Under the pieces are notes generated by a model that searched no databases, had not been told where the DNA came from, and saw only the letters and a program-made list of their open reading frames with translations. The translations under genes and the position numbers were made by a program. 64,000 bases of DNA from Eledone cirrhosa (lineage: Eukaryota): positions 32,860,001 to 32,924,000 of the forward strand of contig OZ024758.1 in assembly GCA_964016885.1 (NCBI GenBank), given 5' to 3'. The first letter of the stretch is position 1, and each line of letters starts with the position of its first letter. Below, one piece after another: positions 39,858 through 51,279 of this stretch.

Positions 39858-40364
39858 TATGGTAATCAACAAATGCTATCTCCCCTTTATAATATTAGCA
39901 AAGTTATGGCTTTCTGCCACCACCATCATCATCATCATCATCATCTGGTTTGATGTCTTCTTTAGTTGTCATAAGCATTGGATGTTTTGGTAGTCTCTTT
40001 CAAAGCATCCCCAAAAATATATTATGTAAAACTGATTAATTTATTTTTGAGATGTGATTTGTATCATTAGTCAAAGCTAGAGGGCAATGTCAATGAAAAT
40101 CAATCAGAAAAGGTGCCTTTGCTCACTATAAAAGCTTCACGGCACAGGCATTGCTTTATATCTGGAGATCTCTCTGCATTTGTCGTCACATGGTACCATG
40201 GGCCCAGCACTATGTGTCAATAATTGTCACAAGTGTAGTGTTTGTACCAGAGTTTTCAAGTCGCTGGCTGGACTAAAAAGTCACACTCGTTCAGCGCATC
40301 GGTGGGAGTTCTCCTATATGGGTATATAGTAGTGGCCGTACTCGAAAACGAGTTAGCAGCCACC

Positions 40365-40395
<31 letters not shown>

Positions 40396-40396
40396 T

Positions 40397-41862
40397 ATCA
40401 GGCAATGATGGTCCACAGAATCAAAGGCTTTCCTAAAGTCAATGAAAACCATGACCGCTCTAGCTCCATCTAATATCCTTCTCAGCATCAGGATGTGACT
40501 GGTGGTTGATCTTCCCGCTCTGAAGCCGTTCTGGTTGTCCCTGAGTTTCTTGTCCTTCTAGGGCTGGATCCTGTTAAGAATCATCCTCTTGAGGGTCTTT
40601 GCCAGAAGTGACGTCAGTGAGATCCCCCTGTAGTTGTTGCTGTTAGAGAGATCTCCCTTCTTTGGCACTGGGACGATGTTACTGATCCTCCACTGATTCG
40701 GGGCAACTCCTTTCTCCAGTGCCATCAAAATCACACCTCTTCATCACCTCATATGCCACTACATCTTCTCCATGAGCCTTGCCCTCCTTGATCTTCTTCT
40801 TGTCTCTCTAAAGCTCCTTTCTGGTGAAGGGCCATGCCTCAATATCCAGTTCCTCCATCACTGCCTGATGAAGATCTTACAGGCTTATGGAATCCCCAAG
40901 AAGGTAGTGGACCTGATATAACTGCTCTACACCAACACCAAAGCCTGATGAGATAACAGAGTTCTTTGTGAAACTGGTTGGAGTGCTCCAGGGAGATACA
41001 TTGGCTCCCTACCTTTTTATTGGACTATTGTATGCGCCTTGCGCTGGAGTATCACAAGGACTCTGGCTTTACTGTAACACCGGCTCAGAGCAGGAGGGTT
41101 AAGGCGAAAAAGATATTGGATGCTGAATTTGCCAACGACATAGTTTTGGTGACACACACAGTGAAGGAGGTTGAGATTGTGTCGATGAGTGTGAGGCTAA
41201 GAATGAATGAGATTAAGACGAAATATCTGGTAGAGAATATTAAGAAGCCAGAGGAGATCACTAATGTGGGCGAGTAGCCGTTAGAATTGGTTGAGAACTT
41301 CCTGTATTTGGGAGCAAAGATTGGGAATACAGAAGATGATGTGGTCGAGAGGAAGAGCAGAGCCCGGGCGGTGTGCCACAGCTTGAGATCGGTGTGGAAG
41401 TCGGACCTTTGTAAAGACCTGAAGATCTGCCTCTTTGTTGCTGTAGTGGAGTCTGTGCTGCTGTACGGGTCTGAGACTTGGACACTGACCAAGAAACTCA
41501 CTCAGATGGTGGATGGGTGCTACACGAGAATGCTGAGGATGGCTCTGAACATTAATCAGTATACACTGAGGATGAAAAACTCAGAGCTGTATGGGAGCCT
41601 CGCAAAAGTCAGCTCCAAAGTGACACAGAGGAGACTGAGGTTAGCTGGACATGCTCACCGACATCCAGAGTTGACACTGCACTCAGTGCTCCTGTGGGAG
41701 CCTCTGCATGGACACACTAGAAGAGGACAGAGGTTAACATATGTTGATGCCCTAAGGACAGACACTGGTCTGTTGGAGACGCAGGACATGGCAGCGATAA
41801 TGAGGGTCAGAGACCAATGGAGAGAACTCGTCCATGGATCTCAGGAATTTTATCCGCCCTAG
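40397..41862 (+). mobile_element. 5'-truncated RTE LINE with inverted 5' segment (40397-40868 minus, 40862-41862 plus), decayed
   Basis: Minus: KKGDLSNSNNYRGISL, QNGFRAGRST, FIDFRKAFDSVDH. Plus: MKILQAYGIP, GVLQGDTL, EFANDI, FLYLG, LLYGSETW, RRLRLAGH. Confidence 0.9.
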
Positions 41863-42223
41863 ATATACACACACACACATATATATATATATACATATTA
41901 AAATAACAGATTAAAGTTAGTTTAAGCAAATAATCACTGCTTTCACCCTTAACGGGATGTTCTGAAACTAAAAAAAATCAATCTGTGAACGCAGAAGTAA
42001 ATATTTCGAAAAACGTTGCAACCGAAGGAAAACAGGAAGACAATACTTTGGTTCGTGAAGACGTTCCCTGGCAATGAATGAAAAAAAAGTGAAGATAATA
42101 CGTCGTTATGTGGAGCGATGAGAACAATTACATGCAAAGAGAAAACCACATTTATGGTATAAATGGAGTCGTAGACTAATATTCTATTTGGGAAACCGAA
42201 TGATTCTCGGCTTTGGAGTTAAG

Positions 42224-42412
42224 AATAATTGTTTCTACTTTAGGCACAAGGCCAGCAATTACCCAGTGCATTACTGGTACTTTATTTTATCAACCCCGTA
42301 AGGATGAAAGGCAAAGTCAACCTCGGCGGGATTTGAACTCAGATCGTAAAGGGACGTAACTATGCTGGAAAGCATGGCGTCCGACCCTCCACCGATACTG
42401 CCAATCCACCGC
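42224..42412 (-). mobile_element. Full-length, young-looking SINE-A
   Basis: GGCGGTGGATTGGCAGTATCGG...GAGTTCAAATCCCGCC...GTAGAAACAATTATT on the minus strand. Confidence 0.9.
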
Positions 42413-43053
42413 CCTTTTTGGAGTTAAGAATAATGTAAATAAATTAGTAGAACAGCAATGACAGAAGTTATTAAAATCATAGAAGTAATAATAATTAAAT
42501 ATATACATACATGTATACGCGAAAACACCCACCATGCATGCATGTACATACACATAAACACGCGCACACGTACATAAATCCACACGACACATGTACCCGC
42601 ACACATACGAATGTATACACACACATATAAAAATATATATGTGTGTGTGTATATACATATAATTATATAAACGTATATAAATATACACACATAAATACGT
42701 ATATAATGCACACTCACACATACCTACAGGTAAAAACACATATGTTCACCAAACGTACGTAACCCAAAACCCAATGTACACATATACACACCTTACATAC
42801 GTGCATACACGCATACAAATATACACAATCACAAAATACACATATACACATAACCATATACACATATACCAGTATATATAATATAATATATACGCCTATA
42901 ACAAATACAAGCATATATACGTATGAGAAAGTATACGTACCTTCACAATACATACGGGTGAGGTATACTTACGTATACCAATAAGTAATGGTATAAACAT
43001 AAAATATACTTAGCTACCACATCAAGACATAAATTATCCATGTATTGTTCGTA

Positions 43054-43360
43054 CTATCCGTTAGGGTATAATATGGGGCTGTAATACAGGAAAGTTTTAT
43101 GCAATTTGTGTTTACAAGCTGAAATTGCCTCAGATTTTTTGTTTAAGATGTGGTCTTTGACGTAGAGTATTCCCAGGGCTTCAGCGGCGCAAAGATAGCA
43201 TGGTCTTTTATTTCCGTTATATGATCTAGCTTTAGCTAGGATCTCCCAGTGTAACCTATATTGGGTGTGGTTGTCTTTTAGACTCCAGATATACCATGAG
43301 ATATACCATATTTTATTTGCCTTATTCCTAATCCTTTCTATTCTGTTCCAAAAGTTGCTC
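43054..43360 (-). mobile_element. Penelope-like element fragment: C-terminal part of the GIY-YIG endonuclease
   Basis: Hand translation (absent from the ORF track): SWYIWSLKDNHTQYRLHWEILAKARSYNGNKRPCYLCAAEALGILYVKDHILNKKSEAISACKHKLHKTF...PNG*. This matches the PLE pattern YIW.LK...W.IL...C.LC..E...I...LNK.SE....C.H. Confidence 0.75.
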
Positions 43361-44246
43361 CTATAACATGGGGCAAGTTCCGTTCTGTTTCAACACACAT
43401 TTTCAGATAAAAAATCTCGCAAAACAAATTCAAAAAGGAATTATATATATATGTATGACAAGTTTCCTTATGGTTTCTATCTTACCAAACTCACTCAAAA
43501 AACATTGGTTGAGTCAAGGCTTAATAAAGACACTTGCCCCAATCACCTTTACCCCAACCTCATTTCTGTAGAACTCAGTTAAATCATCTGAAAATGACAG
43601 GCCAGTAAAAGCCAAAAGGTAACAAAGGTGACAAAGGTGAATAATGCAAAATTTCAGAAAGAAATATTTTTCTCAAACAGTAAATGAGGTCAGGGTTTTA
43701 GTTGTTAGAAGAGACAATAACAGAGAGGAACAGTTGGATAAGATATTGTGTATGGAACATGGAGACATATTGTGTATGGAACATGGAGACAATTAAACTT
43801 AAAGAAATATTTTTGAAAGAATGATTTTTTTTTTTTAAGTTGACTTCCATTCTTATTATTTCAAATGTAGTTTCTTTTAACAAAAAAAATGTACTTTCAT
43901 TCGTACTATTAAAAGCATGTTTCATTTTTTTGTGTGTGTTCTTTTAAAGGTTGACTTTTAGTCTTAATATTGAAGAGAAAAAAAAGTGAGCTTTTCAAAG
44001 ATATAGACATAAAATCTAGTTAATTCTGTCTTAGCATTTTATATTTATATTGTTCCACTCTGTAAAATCTAGAACATTAGTTATTTCATTTTTTGGCTGC
44101 AAAAGAGTAAAATTAATTACAACTTTTAAGAGCTGTATGTGTGCGTATACGCATACAGATACCACACCACGTATGTGTGAATGTAGGTAGACGTATATAT
44201 ACATGAATATATGTGTAGGTGTATATATGTGTATATATATATATAA

Positions 44247-44600
44247 TCATCATCATCGTTTTACGTCCATTCTTCCATGCTAGCATGGGTTAGACAGGTT
44301 GTCCTGTTGTGGGCAATGCCAGGTCAGGTGACCATGTCTTGCTCATACGGGAACTGATTTTGGCTTGATTTCTACACCTGAATGCCCTTCCTAACATCAA
44401 TCTCATTTACAGTGAGTGCTGGGTGCTTTTTTTCTGTGGCGCCTACACGACCACTTTACAGGGTGGAGTGGTGAATTTTGTCCTGATACCTACAAGATCA
44501 TTTTACAGTGGGAGTGGGCGATTTTTGTCTTGACACCTACACGACCATTTTACAGTGAGGGGTGGCGGGGTCATACTGTCTATATGCTTCAGCTTCGGCC
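44247..44600 (-). mobile_element. RTE 3'UTR fragment with several degenerate internal subrepeats
   Basis: Reverse complement of 60835-61143 with a (CAT)n end. Confidence 0.8.
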
Positions 44601-45074
44601 TGTATATAGGTGTACACGCCTGCACATCACACCTACATATTTACAGTATAAAATTAAGTTAGTTAAGCTTCACCACCTACACTCAGTTTGAAGCTGTTAT
44701 TAAATTAACTCCCAGATCTGATAATATTTAAAGCTCAACATTAATTCTTCTATAAAATTCAAACTGAAATGCAATGATTTCCCACTGAATGGTTTCATTA
44801 CTTAAATTGTTAATATCACTAAACTATTTTTATTTTCTCCTTTTCATGCCAAAAATATTAATCCGAATGTCTGTCTTTAGTCTTACATTCATATACAATG
44901 GTGATAGAGATTTCTGTTTAGTGATTTAAAGCTGAGAAAAACCATGTGATGTAGTGTAACATTATCAGAGATATATATGGAAATATAATTCAGATAGGAT
45001 TCTTTAGAATACAGTGATAAAATAAAACAAATAGACATATCTGGAAACTCAACAAAAAAATCTGTGAATAGACG

Positions 45075-45202
45075 TATATATACATGAATATATATATGTA
45101 TACATAAGTGTGTGTGTGTGGGTGTGTGTGTGGGTGTGGATGTGTGTGTGTGTGGGGGGGGGGTGCACGTGTATAAATGCATACATTTATTTATTAAAAC
45201 TG

Positions 45203-45244
<42 letters not shown>

Positions 45245-45314
45245 ATACATATGTAGGTGTATATATGTATACATATATATATATATATGTATACATATGT
45301 AGGTGTATATATGT

Positions 45315-45380
<66 letters not shown>

Positions 45381-45520
45381 ATATAATCTGTGTGGGGGTG
45401 TATACATATATATGTGTAGGTGTGTATATATATATGTGTAGGTTTACATATATATGTGTAGGTTTACATATATATGTGTAGGTGTGTATATATATATGTG
45501 TAGGTTTATATATATATATA
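45075..45520. repeat. (TA)n/(TG)n compound microsatellite
   Basis: Direct reading. Confidence 0.9.
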
Positions 45521-45734
45521 TTCATGTTGTCTATATAAAAATTGAAAATGTAAAATCTTATCTTACATTAATAGTGAATAGTTTCTCTGAACACATTTCT
45601 GAACATATAATTGCAGCCAGCCGATATTTTGTAGAATAAAATATATATTAGATAATTCTTTCAAGAAATATTTTAGACATGCAATCAATTTAGCTAAATG
45701 TTACATAGATACTTATTTAAATCACGAATATATT

Positions 45735-46480
45735 TACGTCTTTTCCTTCTTCGCGAACCTATTCTAGAGATGGTCATGGTGGTAGAGTCCTCAAACACTC
45801 CCCCCCAGCAGGTCCTGCCAGCAGCAACTGTCGCAAACTGATCCGGCTAGATTCCCAAGTGTGACCAGCCAAGTTCATGAATCTTATCCAACCATCTTGC
45901 TTGGGTGTCATACCCATTGGTTTTGCCCATAAAATCTGTCCAGTGATTCTTTCCTGAGTATCAGAACTGTGATCTCTCAATTTGGAGAAGTAGCAGCTCT
46001 ACCTGGAGTAGCAGCTCTACCTGGAGTGACTCTCTCATCTCCAAGTTACACACTCTATCAAGTAACATTAATCCAAAAACCTATTTTGGCTGCTTGTATT
46101 CACAGAATCCTGAAACACTCCTTTCAGTGGGTCCTGTCAGAAGCAACTGTCTCCAACTAATCTGGCTGGATCCCCAAAACGAGACCAGCCAGGGTCATGG
46201 ATGTTATTCAACCATGTTGCTCGGGGTCTACGCCTGGGTCTCCTACCTCTTCGTTTTAACTGTAAAATCTGTCCAGTGATCCTTTCTTCAGACATTCTAA
46301 CCACATGCCCATAGTATCGGAGCTGTGATCTCTCAATTCGGAGAAGTAGCAACTCTACCTGGAGTGGCACTCTGATCTCCGAGCTACACACTCTATTGAG
46401 TAATGTTAATCCAAAGACCCATTTTGGCCACTTATATTCGCAATTGTATTCTTTCAGTAATTACCCAAGATTCATGACCA
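45735..46480 (-). mobile_element. Two overlapping tandem 3' fragments of an RTE-like LINE
   Basis: RIERSQLRYYGHVVRMSEERITGQIL...RGRRPRRRPRATW. The segment is repeated at 45780-46110 and 46110-46480. Confidence 0.8.
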
Positions 46481-46642
46481 TATATTTACACTATAAAAAT
46501 TGTAGAATAAGACAAGTTTATGTTTTGTGAGTGAGGGGATTTGAATTCTAACATTTTGGGCAGTTGTATATAGAAAATGTGACAAACGCTGTTAACTACC
46601 ATATCTTACCTTTAAAGAATCATTCCGATGAATTTCATCAAT

Positions 46643-47490
46643 ATCATCACCATTTAACATTCATTTTTCCATGCTAACATGGGTTAGACGGGTTGTTTCA
46701 TTTGCGGCAAGTTGCGTCGGGTGACCGTATCTTGCTCACACAGAACTGTTTCTGGCTTGGTTTCTATGGCTGGATGCTCTCCCTAACACCAACCACATTT
46801 ACAGTGTGGGCTGGGAGCTTTTTATCATGACTCTTACATGACCACTTTACAGTGTGGGCTGGGAGCTTTTTCTCATGACTCTTACATGACCACTTTACAG
46901 TGTGGGCTGGGTGCTTTTTCTTGTGACTCCTACATGACCACTTTACAGTGTGGGCTGGGTGCTTTTTCTTGTGACTCCTACATGACCACTTTACAGTGTG
47001 GGCTGGGTGCTTTTTCTCGTGACACCTACATGACCACTTTACAGTGTGGGCTGGGTGCTTTTTCTTGTGACTCCTACATGACCACTTTACAGTGTGGGCT
47101 GGGTGCTTTTTGTCATGACTCTTACATGACCACTTTACAGTGTGGGCTGGGTGCTTTTTCTCGTGACTCCTACATGATCACTTTACAGTGTGGGCTGGGT
47201 GCTTTTTCTTGTGACACCTACATGACCACTTTACAGTGTGGGCTGGGTGCTTTTTCTTGTGACTCCTACATGACCACTTTACAGTGTGGGCTGGGTGCTT
47301 TTTCTTGTGACTCCTACATGACCACTTTACAGTGTGGGCTGGGTGCTTTTTCTTGTGACACCTACATGACCACTTTACAGTGTGGGCTGGGTGCTTTTTC
47401 TTGTAACTCCTACATGACCACTTTACAGTGTGGGCTGGGAGCTTTTTGTCACAACTCCTACATGACCACATTACAGTGTGGGCTGGGTGG
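46643..47490 (-). repeat. RTE 3'UTR fragment (46643-46800) continuing into a 48-bp tandem array (~14 units)
   Basis: The unit reverse complement ...AAAAAGCACCCAGCCCACACTGTAAAGTGG matches the RTE 3'UTR subrepeat at ~60905-60934. Confidence 0.85.
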
Positions 47491-47676
47491 TTTTTGCAGT
47501 GTCAATTTCATATATGAATTCATAAACACTGGTCTTATAGCTTTTACATGAATAGAAAGGAAGGAAAGATAACAAAGAAAGAATAATCTTTGACACACCA
47601 CCAAACAAAGTAAGACTTTATTCTGAGAATATTGATATGTTTACTGTTACCATCAGAGAAGATATTTTAAAATTAA

Positions 47677-47730
<54 letters not shown>

Positions 47731-48246
47731 GATAAGTGATTATTGCTATTTTTTGTTCTGAATAAGATTTCCTGAAGATATATGGATAAAGCACCCATGA
47801 TGTGGAATATTGTTAACTGATAAATTATTCTGCAAATGGGGGGAAGGGGTAATACGAAGGCCATCCAGCCATAGAAAGCCTGCCAAAGGGTTGAGAGGAC
47901 CCCTCAGTCATGTCAAGGACATGAAAACCTCCCTAGTGTTTGTGATCTACAGAATAAATGCATCCAGTACACGCTGTAAAGGGGTTGGTGATAGGAAGAG
48001 TATCCAGCTGTAGAAATTTTGCCAAACAAAAGCATGGGAGGACCCTCAGTTATGTCAAAAACACTTCAATGTCTGGTGTGCACTTGGTGGAGCATTAACA
48101 TTACGTAAGCAAGGCACAGATCCCTGGCCAACCTGGTATATCAGTGGCTCTGCTTCAGTACTGACTTGCTTTGTATAGACCCATTCAACCCTTGTTACAG
48201 GAATAGCAGACGTTAAAACGATGATATATATATATATATATATAAT

Positions 48247-48580
48247 GGAGGCACATGGCTTAGTGGTTAGAGCATTGGACTTGCAATCGAAAGGTTGTGA
48301 GTTCAATTCTCAGACCGGGTAATGTGTTGTTTCCTTGAGCAAGACACTTTATTTCACATTGCTCCAGTTTACTCAGCTGTAGAAATGAGATGATAGGGAC
48401 TGGGGTCCCTATCATTCCACAGCAAAGTGGTCGTGTAGGTGCCACGGCAAAAAAGCACCCAGCACTCACTGTAAATGAGGTTGGTGTTAGGAAGGGCATC
48501 CAGCTGTAGAAATCAAGCCAGAATCAGTTCCCGTCCCACCCTTGCAAGCAGGGAAAAAGAGGACGTAAAATGAAATGATG
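48247..48580 (+). mobile_element. Full-length SINE-B with RTE-derived tail
   Basis: A-box TGGCTTAGTGG, B-box GAGTTCAATTCT, core CCTTGAGCAAGACACTTTATTTCAC, tail shared with RTE 3' ends, flanked by (TA)n. Confidence 0.9.
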
Positions 48581-48811
48581 ATATATATATATATTATTAG
48601 TACATATTTAAAGTTTAAGCAAAGAATTCTGCTTTCAGCCTACTACAGGATTTTCTGAGTTTCCGAAGTTCCCGTAATAGGGTGAAAGCAGAAATTCGTT
48701 ATTAACCTTTTATCTGTCCAAATAATAAATATTTGCTCAACAGATTTATATTTATATATACCATCCTTATCGAGCCCTCTTTGGATTTTGGTCTTTGTAA
48801 TTATTACTATG

Positions 48812-49046
48812 ATCATCATTTTACGTCCGCTTTTCCCTGCTTCCAAGGGTGGGACGGGAACTGATTCTGGCTTGATTTCTACAGCTGGATGCCCTTCCTA
48901 ACACCAACCTCATTTTCAGTCAGTGCTGGGTGCTTTTTTGCCGTGGCACCTCCACGACCACTTTGCAGTGGAATGATAGGGACCCCAGTCTACAGCTGAG
49001 TAAACTGGAGCAATGTGAAATAAAGTGTCTTGCTCAAGGAAACAAC
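48812..49046 (-). mobile_element. Headless SINE-B with RTE tail, inverted relative to 48247-48580
   Basis: Reverse complement of 48325-48580. Confidence 0.85.
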
Positions 49047-49061
49047 ACATATATATATACA

Positions 49062-49095
<34 letters not shown>

Positions 49096-49455
49096 GCAAG
49101 AGACAGATCCAGGACTGGACTTAAAAAGCTAAATCTCACATAAGAGATAAAACACCGAGAATTAGTGATATGCTCTACTGGAGAAGACCCACCTATCAGC
49201 ATAAAATGTGTTTGGAGGGAGATTTCATTACTATTTTTATCAGGTCATGTGTGGTTACTGGCTCTGGTTCACATGTAGGATTATTTAGATTTAACCATTT
49301 TCTCTAGGAATTCTCTGTTTGTAATAGATATTAAACTTGAATATTGATTTTTAGTAGATTTCTTTTCAATATATAAAAACGAAGATTGTTTGTAAACTTT
49401 ATCAAGCAATAAGAAGTTTTAAGAAAATGATTTAATTAGATCAATCTAACTTTCA

Positions 49456-49698
49456 ACTTTGCCTTTCATCCTTACGGGGTCGATAAAATAAAGTACCAGT
49501 AATGCACTGGGTAATTGCTGGCCTTGTGCCAAAAAGTAGAAACAATTATTTAATTACTAAGTTACATCCCTTTATGGTCAGAGTTCAAATCCCACCAAGG
49601 TTAACTTTGCTTTTCATCCTTACGGGGTCGATAAAATAACGTACCAGTAATTCACTGGGATAATTGCTGGCCTTGTGCCAAAAGTAGAAACAATTATT
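49456..49698 (+). mobile_element. Two tandem 5'-truncated SINE-A copies
   Basis: Repeated core plus tail, each followed by T(A/G)ATTACTAAG. Confidence 0.85.
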
Positions 49699-51138
49699 TG
49701 ATTACTAAGATCTTTAAGAGCAAAGATTCATATGACAAATAGTATCTCAACTGATATAGGAGGCTTCTGTTAATGTGATACACTTAAGAATTTGGGATGT
49801 AATTCTCCTTAGTATTATTTGTAGTAAATATATTTTCAATAACAGCTAAGTACTAACTGCACTTATTGGTATCCAAATGGGTTTCTGAAATCACAATGTA
49901 CCTTAGAAACAGTTTAAAAGGAAATAAAATGAAACAAGAAAATAGAAGATAAACATGATGCAATCTCCATGAGTAATATCTAAATTGGAAAGCTGTAAAA
50001 TATTTGCTTAATACTACTCAAGGATCCTATAATGTCACAGATTTATAAGATTAACTTTTCCTCTTCCTCTGATCAATAAAATACATAAGCAATAGTCTAT
50101 TTGAATCCATCATAGATATGTCAAAATTCAAATTAATGGAAAGGAAAAAAATATTAAATAAATATCTTGATTTTACTCAATCAACTTTAAATATTTAAGT
50201 AGAGGGAAGTATAGGAGAGTAAATTTACATAAGATGTGTATTAATCAGATTTTAAATAGAGAGATATACAAACAGAAGGGGTGGGAGATAGAAGTGTTTA
50301 AAGAAAACTAATAGGAAAAGAAATAAGATGTAAAATACAGGAAAAGATTAAGAAATCAGGAAATCTTAATTAAAAACACCAAACTAAATAGAATACGTAA
50401 GCAAGCTAATTGGAATCTGCTCTAAACTGCTGTGTTCAATCATTTTTCTTAACTTTACAACTACTAGAGGAAAAATAGGAATTGGTAGTTTACAAGAATA
50501 AAAACATGAAGGATGTATATTTTCTTTCAATTTAATATCAGCTTTATAATTTTTAAGTACACTGGTATCTTCAATGTCAGGCGGAATAGAGTTAATAAAT
50601 TCTTGTGATATAAATTCCCCAAAAGAACATGACTTTTATCAGTCTGCAACCACCACTAATAATAATATTAAATGGATTGTATGAACTTCATACAACAGAA
50701 GATACCGAGTGTCAATAGAATCAGTATTGCTCATAAAGTAAAAACCCATTGGATAAACTCTACATAAGAAATAGACTTAATCTATCACCAGGATTTTTTC
50801 AGTAAAACAACTATTTTAATTGACAAACATCACAGCAATAAAGTAGTAACCCTATCTAGCTTTGAAGTTATGCACTGTTGGAAAGAAAAGAGTTCAACAT
50901 GTTAGGACGAGTTATCTTGTCTGTGGCACTGAAATGCATACATGTTAGGACGAGTTATCACGCATACGGCACAGAAGAAGTTAATAAAGTTACAGTGCCT
51001 GTGGGTACCTTTAACAGAGTCCACTCTACCTCAAGAACATTCTATTCTAAAATATTAAAGCAGAGCTGGCTGGTGGGACCAAGAGGCAGAAAACATGATT
51101 TCTATCATTTTCTATAATTTTGTTTCTTCCTCACTCCA

Positions 51139-51270
51139 TTAATCCCTTAGCATTTAAACCAGCCAAATCCGACCAGAATTCTCTCACCTCTATCTGTTCA
51201 AACCAGCTATCCATACTGATGTTAAGGTATTGTTCACAAAATAAATACTATCAAAATCTCATAGATTTCC
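51139..51270 (-). mobile_element. Partial piggyBac-like MITE (same family as 22747-22938)
   Basis: TTAATCCCTTAGCATTTAAACC...TCAAAATCTCATAGATT; truncated where the RTE fragment starts. Confidence 0.75.
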
Positions 51271-51279
51271 TTTTCACTT

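Noticed and set aside
46838-47551. Cys-rich 16-aa repeat protein
   Set aside because: The unit derives from the antisense of an RTE 3'UTR subrepeat.
48247-48320. tRNA gene
   Set aside because: A and B boxes are present but there is no acceptor stem. It continues into SINE core and tail, and multiple copies exist.
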